Source: a virus (taxonomy: Duplodnaviria; Caudoviricetes). Taken from it: a DNA stretch of 53,619 nucleotides. The notes below the pieces were generated by a model. That model was not told where the DNA came from. It did not search any database and worked only from the letters and a program-made list of their open reading frames with translations. The stretch is taken from IMG/VR virus record IMGVR_UViG_3300042559_002371, positions 1 to 53,619 of that record; one strand, given 5' to 3'. A program made the position numbers and the translations under genes. Below are positions 10,428 through 20,385 of this stretch, in pieces (the first letter of the stretch is position 1; each line of letters begins with the position of its first letter).

Positions 10428-10897
10428 TGTATGAAGTAAAGGACGGTTCTCGTACCCTCCAATTCAGTGGTCGTCTTTTAGGTGAGTCGTCTTCTTGGCG
10501 TCGTGGCTCTACTCGATGGATTGAGTTTAAACTTTACAAAACAGAAAATGGCTCATATATTCTTTCTAGAGTTGGAGTTTCATTAGTTTTTCATGGGGCA
10601 GCTTGTCCACTAGTGAAGCGATATGCACTTGTAGAAGCCTCCTCGGAAGAGCTAAAAACAGACTCTCTACCATGCGAAGAGTGCTACCCAAGTAAGAACC
10701 TTCCTATCATTTTCCCAGAAAAAGACCGCACTTGGGCTCAAGTCTCAGAAGACCCTGAACCTGTGCTAGATGCTCTTTACAAGTATGATGCTGGTGGGGC
10801 AAGATATCTAACTCATGTAGCTCAGCGGCTTCTAGAACAAGCAGCTAAGTATGATGAAAAAATAGAATCAATCTATAGAATAGAGATGATTCCTTAA
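10427..10897 (+). CDS. Hypothetical protein
   Basis: 156-aa ORF with TAATG coupling and H...C/CxxC residues. Confidence 0.7.
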   Translation: MYEVKDGSRTLQFSGRLLGESSSWRRGSTRWIEFKLYKTENGSYILSRVGVSLVFHGAACPLVKRYALVEASSEELKTDSLPCEECYPSKNLPIIFPEKDRTWAQVSEDPEPVLDALYKYDAGGARYLTHVAQRLLEQAAKYDEKIESIYRIEMIP

Positions 10898-10911
10898 CAG
10901 AGAGACTGTAA

Positions 10912-12738
10912 GTGACTGAGAGACGAGATTTAACAGGAGTTCAACTAAAGCTTGTTGATACTGTAGAAAAAGCGCAGGAGTTTCTTCACTGGCTAGGTGA
11001 GCGACGTCCATATAACGCTATTGCAATTGACACTGAAACTGGTGAACTTCCAGGAGGGCAGCGTAAAGATGCCCTATCTCCTTGGCATGGTCAATTAAGA
11101 CTTGTTCAAGTAGGAGATGGAATGACTGGTTGGTCTATCCCTTGGGATGAATGGAACGGTGTCTTCTACGAAGCAATGAATCGTTTTGACGGTCCAATCG
11201 TCTGTCACAACATTGCGTTTGAAGCTCGTTGGTTTGAGATTAAATCTAAGTGGCGTATCCCTTGGGACCGTGCACATGACACGATGATTATGGCTCACAT
11301 TGTCGATCCACTTGGGTCAGGAGCATTGAAAGAACTTTCCGCTCAGCACATCGACCCTTACGCTGCACATCTACAAAGCAAACTTGATGAAGAGCTTGCT
11401 GCAAATGGGTGGACTTGGGGAACAGTTCCTATTTCATTTGAACCATTCTGGTCTTATGGAGCACTCGACACTGTTCTAACAATGCGTCTTTGGGAAATGT
11501 TTTGGGAAAAGTGTGGTCCAAATGGTCCTTACAACCGAGCATATGAACTTGAAATGGGTGCAAGAAAAGTTGTTACCCGTATGGAGATAAATGGCGCTCG
11601 AGTTGATGTCGACTATTCCAAAAAGAAATACGAAGAACTTTTGGATTACACAGAAAAAACTAAACTATGGGCTTTTAACAGATACGGCGGTTCTATAACA
11701 AGCAATCAGCAACTTGTAAGAATGATAGAAGAGCTTGGTGGAGAGATTACCGAGTTCACCGCATCTGGGCAAAAATCTGCTGCAAAAGACCAACTAGACA
11801 AATTGGCTATTAATAGTAATCCTGAAGTAAAAGAGTTAGCCGAAATAGTTCTTCAAGTTCGCAAGGCTGAAAAACTAGCTAGCACTTATTTCTTAAATTT
11901 CATTAACATGAACATAGATGGAGTTCTACATCCATCTATCAAAACTGTTGCTGCTAGAACATCCCGTATGTCTATTACCGACCCAGCGTTGCAGACTCTT
12001 CCAAAGGGAGATGCAACTGTGCGTCGAGCATTTATACCTAAAGACCCAGACCATGTAATCATCACTTCCGACCTTGATCAGGTTGAGTTCCGTATGTTTG
12101 CATCGCTCTCAGGGGATGAGAATCTCATCAACCTGTTTAACATGGCCGATGCAACTGGCTCAGACCCGTTCACCGAAATTGGTCGTCAGGTTTATCAAGA
12201 CCCAACTATGCAAAAGTCGGACAAGCGTCGTAATCTCATCAAGGGTGTTGTTTATGGACGACTCTACGGAGCGGGAGTAGCAAAGCAAGCTCTAACTGCT
12301 GGAGTGCCTGAGCCTCAGATGCGTTTGGTATCCGATTCTTTTGATATCAACTATCCAGGCATGATGGCTTTCCAAAAACAAATAGATAATATCGGTCAAG
12401 AAAGATTAAGAACCGAAGGTCAAGGCTATGTTCACACTTGGACTGGTCGTCGCATTCCTTGTGATGAGGAGCGCACTTACACCTTGGTCAACTATTTAAT
12501 TCAAGGTGGTGCAGCTGAGGTATTTAAATCAAATCTACTTAAGCTTGACCAAGCAGATTTAACAGATTATTTGATTGTTCCTGTACATGATGAAATTGTT
12601 TTGCAAGCTCCTAAGGGAGAAGCTGAAGAAATTAAACAAGTAGTTAAGGAATGTATGACAACAAGAGAAGGCTGGGCAGTACCGCTCACTGCAGATGTTG
12701 AGGGCCCACTTAATAACTGGGGGGAGAAGTACGAATAA
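10912..12738 (+). CDS. polA: DNA polymerase family A with 3'-5' exonuclease domain
   Basis: Exo motifs IDTETG, HNIAFE, YGALD. Polymerase motifs TSRMS, DLDQVEFR, RNLIKGVVYG, NYLIQG, VHDEIV. No 5'-3' exo domain. Confidence 0.96.
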   Translation: MTERRDLTGVQLKLVDTVEKAQEFLHWLGERRPYNAIAIDTETGELPGGQRKDALSPWHGQLRLVQVGDGMTGWSIPWDEWNGVFYEAMNRFDGPIVCHNIAFEARWFEIKSKWRIPWDRAHDTMIMAHIVDPLGSGALKELSAQHIDPYAAHLQSKLDEELAANGWTWGTVPISFEPFWSYGALDTVLTMRLWEMFWEKCGPNGPYNRAYELEMGARKVVTRMEINGARVDVDYSKKKYEELLDYTEKTKLWAFNRYGGSITSNQQLVRMIEELGGEITEFTASGQKSAAKDQLDKLAINSNPEVKELAEIVLQVRKAEKLASTYFLNFINMNIDGVLHPSIKTVAARTSRMSITDPALQTLPKGDATVRRAFIPKDPDHVIITSDLDQVEFRMFASLSGDENLINLFNMADATGSDPFTEIGRQVYQDPTMQKSDKRRNLIKGVVYGRLYGAGVAKQALTAGVPEPQMRLVSDSFDINYPGMMAFQKQIDNIGQERLRTEGQGYVHTWTGRRIPCDEERTYTLVNYLIQGGAAEVFKSNLLKLDQADLTDYLIVPVHDEIVLQAPKGEAEEIKQVVKECMTTREGWAVPLTADVEGPLNNWGEKYE

Positions 12739-13214
12739 TGTATGCGGTTTTATCTGTAGACCCAGGTAAGGCAACTGGCATAGCTCTACTTACGTGGAGC
12801 GGTGGGTCCGATGATTTGCCAGTAAAGGTTTACTCGATGGAGTCTCAGCCTGAAGATTTTGCTGCCGATATTCGGGCTGTAATGGCTCAGTTTAAAAATG
12901 CACCATCGTTTAAAGTCGTTTGTGAACGTTTTATTATAAATGCTGCGACTGTGCGAAATAGTCAAGCTCCCTACTCCTTGGAGCAGATAGGTGTCCTCAA
13001 GCATCTCTGTAGGGAGGAAGGCTACTCAGTAGATGGGATTTGGATGCAAAACCCCGTTGATGCCAAGAACATGTTCCCCAACGATGCCCTCAAAAAGATT
13101 GGGACTTGGCACGTTGGCGGAGAAGGTCATGCTAATGATGCAATACGACACGCCTTGTTAGCCCTAACTAAACAAAAATGGGTACCTCGTGTACTCTTAG
13201 ACAAAGAAAAATAA
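12738..13214 (+). CDS. RuvC-like Holliday junction resolvase
   Basis: N-terminal VDPGKATG, central VVCE, C-terminal HANDA: the RNase H-fold acidic pattern. Confidence 0.75.
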   Translation: MYAVLSVDPGKATGIALLTWSGGSDDLPVKVYSMESQPEDFAADIRAVMAQFKNAPSFKVVCERFIINAATVRNSQAPYSLEQIGVLKHLCREEGYSVDGIWMQNPVDAKNMFPNDALKKIGTWHVGGEGHANDAIRHALLALTKQKWVPRVLLDKEK

Positions 13215-13256
13215 CTATCAAGAAATAAAAAGTTTTTTAATTTTTCATGATAGTAT
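13214..13256 (+). promoter_or_regulatory. AT-rich imperfect inverted repeat overlapping a possible extended -10 (TGaTAGTAT)
   Basis: ACTATCA (13214-13220) ... TGATAGT (13248-13254) with A-rich/T-rich inner arms, upstream of the helicase. Confidence 0.35.
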
Positions 13257-13283
13257 GTTTGACATAGTGACAGGAAGTAATAA

Positions 13284-15083
13284 ATGCCAGTAATTGTGGA
13301 GTTAGACGCTCAAAAAAGCCATATAGTCATTCAAGCTGAGTGGCGATATAAAGACCTATGCAAGTCTATTCCAGGCTCTAAATGGTCTACTGAAGACCAA
13401 CTGTGGAGACTACCTCTGAGCTGGTCTAGCTGCCTTGCATTACGCTCTACATTCCTCAATGACCTACAAATAGGCCCTGCCCTTAATGATTGGGCAGCTA
13501 ATGAATTAAGCACCCGTATAGGCCCTGCAATGGCCCTCAGAGAGGTTTTAGAGGCCGATGGGGATGAAGACTTGTTCCCGCATCAAAGAGCTGGCGTACA
13601 GTTCCTTAGCACGGCTAAAAGGGCTCTTTTAGCTGATGAGCCGGGTCTAGGTAAGACTGCCCAAGCTATCCGTGCCCTAAAGAAAATCCAAGAGCAGGGT
13701 GAACCAGTATTCCCAGCCTTGATTGTCTGCCCTAACACCCTAAAAAAGAACTGGGCTAGAGAGTTTGAAAAATGGTGGCCTGAAGTAAGCACACAGGTGG
13801 TTAAAGGGACGGCTGTTCAACGAAAGAAACAATTTGATGTTCAAGCAGACGTTTATATCCTCAACTGGGAAGCCCTTAGGGGTCATTCAAAACTAGCTCC
13901 TTACGGCTCTGTAGCTTTAACTAGATGCTCCGATTGTGGAGGTCACGACGAGTCTGTCAGTGCCAACCGCTGTGAAGTGCACCGTAGAGAGTTAAACGAG
14001 ATTGACTTTAAAGCTGTTGTTGCAGATGAGATTCACCGCTCCAAAGAACCTAAGAGTAAACAAACTCGCGCTCTGTGGGCTGCTACAGGAGATGCCAACA
14101 TTCGATTTGCTTTAACAGGAACTCCAATTGCAAAAGACGTTGTAGATCTTTGGGCAATCTTGCATTGGCTATCTCCAAAAGATTGGCCTTCAAAGACTCG
14201 TTGGATTGAACGCATGGTTGACACAATGCTTAATGCTTTTGGTGGGATGTTGGTTCTTGGTGTGAAGCCACATATGCAAACAGAGTTTGATAAAGCAGTG
14301 CAACCAGTTATGCGAAGAATGCTTAAGTCTGTAGTGTTGCCTTGGCTTCCAGAGGTAATTAACGAGCGTCGTGATATTGAAATGTCACCTAAGCAAAAGA
14401 AGGCTTACGAGCAGATGCGTGACACCATGATTGCTGAACTTGAAAATGGTGACGCTCTAACTGCTCCAAGTGTTTTGACTCAGACGTTGAGATTAATTCA
14501 GTTTGCTAGTTCATCTGCTGTATTAGAAACAGATGAGCAAACAGGAGAGGTTGCTGTTTATTTGACAGAGCCATCTTGTAAAGTTGATGCATTGATGGAT
14601 GATATTGAAAGTGGAGACTTTGGAGATGACTCTGTAGCAGTGTGTGCTGTGTCTAGACAATTAATTGATTTAGCTAGCGACGCTATGACAAAGAAAAACA
14701 TCCCTCATGGTCTAATCACTGGTGCTCAGACAGAAGATGAGCGACAGAAAGCAATTGATGATTTTCAATCTGGTAAGACAAAGTGGATTCTTTTCACTGC
14801 TCAAGCTGGTGGTGTGGGTGTGACTCTTACCGCTGCTCGTCGCTTGATTATGCTTCAACGCCCATGGTCACTTGTTGACCATAAGCAAGCGTTGGACCGT
14901 GTGCACCGCATCGGGTCAGAAATTCATGACTCAATCATCATCACGGATTATGTAACAGAAGGAAGCATTGAAGAACGAGTCATTAATGTTCTTGATAAGA
15001 AAGCGCAGAACTTTGAAGATATTGTTCAAGACCAAGCACAACTATTAAAACTACTCAAAGACGATAAGGCAGGGTTACTATGA
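13284..15083 (+). CDS. SNF2-family DNA helicase/ATPase
   Basis: LADEPGLGKT (motif I), DEIH (II), LTGTP (III), AGGVGVTL (V), QALDRVHRIG (VI). Confidence 0.95.
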   Translation: MPVIVELDAQKSHIVIQAEWRYKDLCKSIPGSKWSTEDQLWRLPLSWSSCLALRSTFLNDLQIGPALNDWAANELSTRIGPAMALREVLEADGDEDLFPHQRAGVQFLSTAKRALLADEPGLGKTAQAIRALKKIQEQGEPVFPALIVCPNTLKKNWAREFEKWWPEVSTQVVKGTAVQRKKQFDVQADVYILNWEALRGHSKLAPYGSVALTRCSDCGGHDESVSANRCEVHRRELNEIDFKAVVADEIHRSKEPKSKQTRALWAATGDANIRFALTGTPIAKDVVDLWAILHWLSPKDWPSKTRWIERMVDTMLNAFGGMLVLGVKPHMQTEFDKAVQPVMRRMLKSVVLPWLPEVINERRDIEMSPKQKKAYEQMRDTMIAELENGDALTAPSVLTQTLRLIQFASSSAVLETDEQTGEVAVYLTEPSCKVDALMDDIESGDFGDDSVAVCAVSRQLIDLASDAMTKKNIPHGLITGAQTEDERQKAIDDFQSGKTKWILFTAQAGGVGVTLTAARRLIMLQRPWSLVDHKQALDRVHRIGSEIHDSIIITDYVTEGSIEERVINVLDKKAQNFEDIVQDQAQLLKLLKDDKAGLL

Positions 15084-16009
15084 GCGAAGTAGTCAGAATC
15101 TCCAACAGCGAGATTCAAACATTTAAAGATTGCCGTCGCAAGTGGTGGCTCACCTACTACCGCAGACTCCAACCTAAGTATCGTGATGCCACAGGTGCGC
15201 TTGCTTTGGGTACACGAATCCACGCTGCGCTAGATGATTACTACGCTAACGGAACCCCGCTACTACAGTCACATACGAAGCTTTTAAATGCAGAGAAAGA
15301 ACTACTTCTTGCAGAATTTAAAGATGTTTCAGAGCTCGAGAAAGAAGGAGAGCTTGGGCACATCATGCTTGAGGGATATCTTCAATGGGTTGAAGAAAAC
15401 GGTGTTGATGCAGAGTTAGAGATGATCTCTACCGAAGAAGTAATCACAGCCCCACTCTTTAACGGAGAAGTTGAGCTGACAGGAAAGCTTGATATGCGTG
15501 TGCGTCGTAAAGGCGATGGAGTTCGCATGTTTCGTGACTTTAAAACAGTAGGTGGCTCTCTTAGTGAGTTTGCAAACCTAGCTCCAATGAATGAACAGAT
15601 TTTGACATACATGCTCTTGGAATCCACCAAGAAGGATGAGTCAGAACGCTCAGACGGTGGCATCTTCACAATGTTGAAGAAAGTTCGTCGTTCTGCAGCG
15701 GCACGTCCGCCGTTCTACGACCAAATCGAGGTACGGCACAACATCTTTACCCTACGCTCCTTCTGGGACCGTCTACACGGCACTATTGCCGACATGATGC
15801 GTGTTAGAAAAGCATTGGATGAAGGTGAAAGTCCAGCATTCCATGCGTACCCACGGCCAAGCCGTGATTGCAAGTGGAAGTGCCCATTCTTCACTGTTTG
15901 CACACTTGTTGATGACGGCAGTGCCGCAGAACAAGCAATCAGTGATAGCTTCGTAGTAGCAGATCCATATGCTTACTATGGTCAAGAAGAAACTAAAGGA
16001 AATGAGTGA
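15080..16009 (+). CDS. Cas4/RecB-like PD-(D/E)XK exonuclease
   Basis: SNSEI..F..C, GTRIH, GKLD...DFKT, Q...Y, and C-terminal CKWKCPFFTVC (Fe-S type cysteines). Confidence 0.88.
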   Translation: MSEVVRISNSEIQTFKDCRRKWWLTYYRRLQPKYRDATGALALGTRIHAALDDYYANGTPLLQSHTKLLNAEKELLLAEFKDVSELEKEGELGHIMLEGYLQWVEENGVDAELEMISTEEVITAPLFNGEVELTGKLDMRVRRKGDGVRMFRDFKTVGGSLSEFANLAPMNEQILTYMLLESTKKDESERSDGGIFTMLKKVRRSAAARPPFYDQIEVRHNIFTLRSFWDRLHGTIADMMRVRKALDEGESPAFHAYPRPSRDCKWKCPFFTVCTLVDDGSAAEQAISDSFVVADPYAYYGQEETKGNE

Positions 16010-16012
16010 CGC

Positions 16013-16801
16013 ATGAGTGAAATCCAACGGTCATTGACCGTAATGGTTTACGGAGAATCAAAGGTTGGTAAATCAACTTTTGCCGTAACCGCACCATATC
16101 CAAGACTCATGCTTGACGTTGAAGGCGGACACAGATTCTTGCCTATCGTCGTTAAGTATTGGGACCCTTTGCGAGAGGAACCACCTGTTGCAGACGGTAC
16201 TTGGGATACCTGCGTAGTCACAGTTCGTGACTATGACACGGTTATCAAAACATATCAGTGGCTTCAACTAGGTAAACACCAGTTCAAGTCTTTGATTATT
16301 GACTCCATTTCGGAGTTGCAAGTTAAGTGTATGGACAGCATCGCTGGAAATGAGCAGATGAAGATGCAACAGTGGGGCGAACTACTTCGTCACATGGGTG
16401 GCCTTCTACGTGACCTCCGCGACCTAACTATGCACCCAACAAACCCACTCGAGGCTGTTGTACTAACAGCAATGTCTCGTGTGACTCAGGATGGGAAGCA
16501 CCGTCCTTACCTACAAGGACAGCTCGCTATTCAAGCACCATATTTTTACGACATTCTTGGTGCTTTGACTATTGAGTCTTTCCCGAACCCTGACCCACTA
16601 TCACCTCCTTACAAAGTTCGACGTATGTATGTTGAACGCACTAACGAGTATGAAGCGGGAGAGCGAGTCCAAGGCCGATTGGGCTCGATTGTTGAGCAGG
16701 ATAAATTGTCAATTGATGTCATGCTCGACACTATTTTCGGACCAAAACAAGTTCCACAAGCAGAACAATCCACCACTACGAAGAAAGAAGCTAACGCATG
16801 A
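16013..16801 (+). CDS. AAA/RecA-like ATPase (Sak4-like recombinase)
   Basis: Walker A GESKVGKST and Walker B LIIDS. It lies between the exonuclease and the SSB. Confidence 0.85.
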   Translation: MSEIQRSLTVMVYGESKVGKSTFAVTAPYPRLMLDVEGGHRFLPIVVKYWDPLREEPPVADGTWDTCVVTVRDYDTVIKTYQWLQLGKHQFKSLIIDSISELQVKCMDSIAGNEQMKMQQWGELLRHMGGLLRDLRDLTMHPTNPLEAVVLTAMSRVTQDGKHRPYLQGQLAIQAPYFYDILGALTIESFPNPDPLSPPYKVRRMYVERTNEYEAGERVQGRLGSIVEQDKLSIDVMLDTIFGPKQVPQAEQSTTTKKEANA

Positions 16802-17322
16802 GCACTCTTAATTGGGCAGACCTCATTAAAAACGCAGGAGAATCAAACTCCTACGAACCACTACCAGATGGCGACTATGACCTTGCTGTTGTAGAAGCAA
16901 CTGCAAAAGTTGCGCAATCAGGTAAAACAATGTTCTCACTAAAGGCACAGGTCGAAACAGGTGCTTTTGCAAAGCGTCTTGTTTGGGACAACCTAACAAT
17001 TTCGCCTGAGAATCCAACCGCTCTCGGAATCTTTTTCCGTAAGATGAGCGCTCTAGGTCTTACAAAAGACTTTTTTGATCGTGCACCATCAAATGCACAG
17101 ATTGAAGCTGCTATGCAGGGTCGTAAGTTCCGTGCTCAGATTGGTCAGAAGACTTATCAGGGCAACAAGAAGAACGAAATTAAGAACTACTACCCAGCGG
17201 CAGGTGGAGCAACTGCAGGAGCTGCTGTACCACCAGCACCTGCTGCAGCAGCAGCACCAGCGCCAGCACCAGCTCCCGCTCCTGCACCAGCTCCAGCGGC
17301 GGCACCAGCAGCACCGTTCTAA
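16798..17322 (+). CDS. Single-stranded DNA-binding protein (DUF669-like)
   Basis: YEPLPDGDY...SGKTM...NEIK pattern, low-complexity tail ending PF, and position after the Sak4-like gene. Confidence 0.75.
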   Translation: MSTLNWADLIKNAGESNSYEPLPDGDYDLAVVEATAKVAQSGKTMFSLKAQVETGAFAKRLVWDNLTISPENPTALGIFFRKMSALGLTKDFFDRAPSNAQIEAAMQGRKFRAQIGQKTYQGNKKNEIKNYYPAAGGATAGAAVPPAPAAAAAPAPAPAPAPAPAPAAAPAAPF

Positions 17323-17335
17323 ATCACGTTGTGTT

Positions 17336-17368
17336 AGAGCCGCCCAACAAAAACTGTTGGGTGGCTCT
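17336..17368 (+). terminator. Strong hairpin after SSB, probable terminator or processing stem
   Basis: AGAGCCGCCCAACA-aaaac-TGTTGGGTGGCTCT: 14-bp stem with one G-U pair and only a short T run after it. Confidence 0.6.
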
Positions 17369-17391
17369 TCACATAAATTGAAAGAGACACT

Positions 17392-18405
17392 ATGAAAGTT
17401 CTAATAACTGGATGTACAGCCCAACAAGCTTCTCGAAAGCATGCAGAGAGAACTCCTACATTTAGTAATTTGTTGGCGCAGAGTTTTAAAAATGCTGAAG
17501 TTGACGTAACTTATGCATCTCCTAACATCTCTTGGGACGAGTCGGATTTAGAAAAATATGATTTAGTGATTGTTGGAATCTCACCTACTACAAGTATTTC
17601 TGCTAATAAAATTTACCCTGCCTTTGTGGCCGCAAATAAATGCAGAAAAATAGGAAACCTATCTCTTTTAATTGATGCCCCTGAAAGTTTTAAAATTCCG
17701 CCATCTCTAAATGCTTGGTCTAATGAAGCTTCAACTTTTAAAAGTTTTTACGACAGAAGAAGAAATTATTTTGATGTTGTGGAGTCCCCTGAGCTTAAAT
17801 CTGAAGTTCAAGGTTTTGTTGAGTATCTAAGTACTGAAAAATGGCCTACGACTTTTTACCCTTCGTTTCCTTGGAGCAATACTGACCTTTTGACCAAATA
17901 TCTTCCGAATCTTTCTGCAGAAAATTTGGTAGGGGTTAACGTAGATTCATACATAATCCTTCAACCAGAGCAAACTAAAAATTATTATATGACTGATGAG
18001 TATTGGGTTTGTGATACTTTCAACTCATCAACTAAGCCCCACAGTCAAATGTTGACAAAAAAGATAATCCCCCCAAAGGAACATGTCTGGGAATCCGAAT
18101 CAGAAACATTGTCAAGAATTCGTCATTCAATTGGAACTATTATTTCTACATATAGAAATGGTGAGTCTTGGTGGTCACCTGTCTTTGCTCAGTCTCTTTC
18201 TCAGGGAGTTCCTGTTGTCCATGACTGGAGGATTACAGGTTATATGGGAGAAGAGTGGACCCATCTACCCACTAGCATTGAATTGATGGATTACGTAGAA
18301 AGAACAGAGTTGGCTTTTGCTCAAAAACAATCATATCTAAATCAGCTGCCTACTCAAGATGATATAAAAGAAAAGCTAACTAAAACACTAAAACACTTAG
18401 TTTAA
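17392..18405 (+). CDS. Hypothetical protein, possibly glycosyltransferase-fold
   Basis: 337 aa. MKVLITG start, YDLVIVG, and C-terminal 'QSLSQGVPVV' resembling the GT-B 'EAxAxGxPVV' motif. Confidence 0.5.
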   Translation: MKVLITGCTAQQASRKHAERTPTFSNLLAQSFKNAEVDVTYASPNISWDESDLEKYDLVIVGISPTTSISANKIYPAFVAANKCRKIGNLSLLIDAPESFKIPPSLNAWSNEASTFKSFYDRRRNYFDVVESPELKSEVQGFVEYLSTEKWPTTFYPSFPWSNTDLLTKYLPNLSAENLVGVNVDSYIILQPEQTKNYYMTDEYWVCDTFNSSTKPHSQMLTKKIIPPKEHVWESESETLSRIRHSIGTIISTYRNGESWWSPVFAQSLSQGVPVVHDWRITGYMGEEWTHLPTSIELMDYVERTELAFAQKQSYLNQLPTQDDIKEKLTKTLKHLV

Positions 18406-18455
18406 ATCTTTACTAAATAAGTAAAAACCAATAGAATTAAAAGAAGGGAGGTCAA

Positions 18456-18878
18456 ATGTCAAACTTAGACATGGATTGGGTTAAATCCCAATTACAGGCA
18501 GCTAAGGTAAGAAAGCCAGTTGGTGATGCAACAATGAAGTTGATTGAACTAATTGAGTCTTTAGACCTTACTCCTGAATTTAGAACCAAAGCAATTGATA
18601 TGTTTGCAACTCTAGCAAAAGGTCATGTTGTTGCTAAAGAAAATAAAAATGAAACATGGATTCCAGTGCAAGCAGGTTTTATTAAAGTAGCTGAACAGGT
18701 ACGAGTAAAACACGATGCTTTTGATGGTGAACTTGGAACAATACACAACGGGCGTAGAGGAGTTGTTGTCGGAGTAAGGTACGGAGACGTCATTATAAAA
18801 AGTAATGATGGTAAAGAACCTCTTCTTGACGGTGCTCACTACCCACCAGCAAAACTAGAGAAGCTGGTTTTAACATGA
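18456..18878 (+). CDS. Hypothetical protein
   Basis: 140-aa ORF with strong GGGAGG RBS. Confidence 0.75.
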   Translation: MSNLDMDWVKSQLQAAKVRKPVGDATMKLIELIESLDLTPEFRTKAIDMFATLAKGHVVAKENKNETWIPVQAGFIKVAEQVRVKHDAFDGELGTIHNGRRGVVVGVRYGDVIIKSNDGKEPLLDGAHYPPAKLEKLVLT

Positions 18879-19126
18879 AAAGTATTACCTTGAATCTAAC
18901 GGTTCAAGGTGATAGCTATGAAGAACTTCGAGAGAAGGCAGATATAGCTATTGCAAAATTTTTAGGGACTAATGATGAAGTTGACGACTTTTTTTCTGAA
19001 GAAGACCCAGCGGAAAATTTTCAACAAGTTAATTATGAACTAATAGTTTCTCAAAAAGAAGATATTACATCTGAATACGAATATTCTGCACAAGTGATTG
19101 CGAAGGTAAAAGATGTCAGAAAATAA
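18875..19126 (+). CDS. Hypothetical acidic protein
   Basis: 83-aa ORF with ATGA overlap. Confidence 0.65.
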   Translation: MKSITLNLTVQGDSYEELREKADIAIAKFLGTNDEVDDFFSEEDPAENFQQVNYELIVSQKEDITSEYEYSAQVIAKVKDVRK

Positions 19127-19424
19127 TGAAGTAACTCCTCCAAGAATTGAAGCTTTACGGGAAGCTGCTCGTATTATTTCAACTGAAAGAAATATGAACT
19201 ATGGTGACCCAGAAGATAATTTTGATAGAACCAGAAAAATATGGTCAACTATTCTCGGTGTTGACATTTCTAACGAAGATGTAGCCATGATGATGATCGG
19301 ATTGAAAATGGCTCGCTACGCTAATAAGGGAGATTTCCAACCTGATACTTGGATTGACATTGCTGGCTACGCTGGCTGTGGTTATGAAGTAGGGATTAAA
19401 GAAGAGAAAAACAAGAAAGGTTAG
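19113..19424 (+). CDS. DUF6378-like phage protein
   Basis: 'R...YGDPEDNF..T..IW...DVA.MMI.LK.AR.......DTWIDIAGYA' signature. Confidence 0.75.
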   Translation: MSENNEVTPPRIEALREAARIISTERNMNYGDPEDNFDRTRKIWSTILGVDISNEDVAMMMIGLKMARYANKGDFQPDTWIDIAGYAGCGYEVGIKEEKNKKG

Positions 19425-19429
19425 CAACA

Positions 19430-19714
19430 GTGGAAAATGTTCGCCCACCTTGGCAATATGAAGACCCACTTTGTGCTCAGGTAGGAGGCAACTTATTTTT
19501 TGCTGACGACAGAGACGAACCTGGACTTGTAGCAACTCCTGAAGTAAATTACGAAGGAGCAAGAAGGGTTTGTAGAAGCTGTTCTCACCTTATTGAGTGC
19601 GCCCTTTGGGGTTTGAATAACGAAGAGTTTGGCTTATGGGGCGGACTAAGTCCTGTAGATAGAAAACATATAAAAAGCAAACGTAAGCCATTCCCTTATA
19701 AGAAAACAGCGTAG
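19430..19714 (+). CDS. whiB: WhiB-family Fe-S transcription factor
   Basis: C...FF...CRSC.....C and GLWGG motif, with a basic tail. Confidence 0.9.
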   Translation: MENVRPPWQYEDPLCAQVGGNLFFADDRDEPGLVATPEVNYEGARRVCRSCSHLIECALWGLNNEEFGLWGGLSPVDRKHIKSKRKPFPYKKTA

Positions 19715-19723
19715 AATTTATAT

Positions 19724-20044
19724 ATGAGCGGTGGACCAATAGTCACTCCCGTACCAGTTTGCGAACAATGCTGGTTGAAGGAACATGCCCGCTGGGAGCC
19801 ACATAGTATGGATGACCATGGCAATATAAAGATGGCTTTATCGGGGGTGGATGTCCCTCAAAAGATAAATACAGGGGCGGTAGAAACTTGCTCTGTCTGT
19901 GGCAAGATTACTATTGCTGGTATTTTTAACGTCAAAGAACACAAGATTGTATTCACAACAGAGTCAGAAGAGGCTCAGGCGTACGATCAATATGAAGACC
20001 ACGAAGATGAGTTTGGTGGCTACTACGGAGAAGACAGAGAGTAG
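19724..20044 (+). CDS. Hypothetical zinc-finger protein
   Basis: Two CxxC motifs (CEQC, CSVC) and an acidic tail. Confidence 0.65.
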   Translation: MSGGPIVTPVPVCEQCWLKEHARWEPHSMDDHGNIKMALSGVDVPQKINTGAVETCSVCGKITIAGIFNVKEHKIVFTTESEEAQAYDQYEDHEDEFGGYYGEDRE

Positions 20045-20046
20045 CT

Positions 20047-20385
20047 ATGAAGGATAAAAGAGTTGGAGAGTCTCTTTGGATTCATTGGGATGGTGAGGGC
20101 TACCCCCAACAAAAAATATTTACAGATGTAATTTATTATACTCAAGCTTATGTTGAATTAGAGAACGAGATAGTTCGTAGGGCTTTAGCTTCGACTCTTC
20201 AAAGAGATGGTGTAGCAGACTCTCTAGCAGATGGCTTTAATTTAATTACTGATGCTCACATTGAAACTGGTTGGGCAGGTATTATAGAAGGCGAAAATAA
20301 CTACACATTCTGCGATGCAAATGGTGAAACAGAATATGGAGAGTATGTTGAAGAGCCTTTTGAGTTCACTTGGGTTGAATTATAA
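20047..20385 (+). CDS. Hypothetical acidic protein
   Basis: 112-aa ORF closely packed in the operon. Confidence 0.65.
   Translation: MKDKRVGESLWIHWDGEGYPQQKIFTDVIYYTQAYVELENEIVRRALASTLQRDGVADSLADGFNLITDAHIETGWAGIIEGENNYTFCDANGETEYGEYVEEPFEFTWVEL

Noticed and set aside
15080-16009. Cas4-like gene as a sign of CRISPR-Cas
   Set aside because: No repeat-spacer array or other cas genes. Solo Cas4-like nucleases are common in phage recombination modules.
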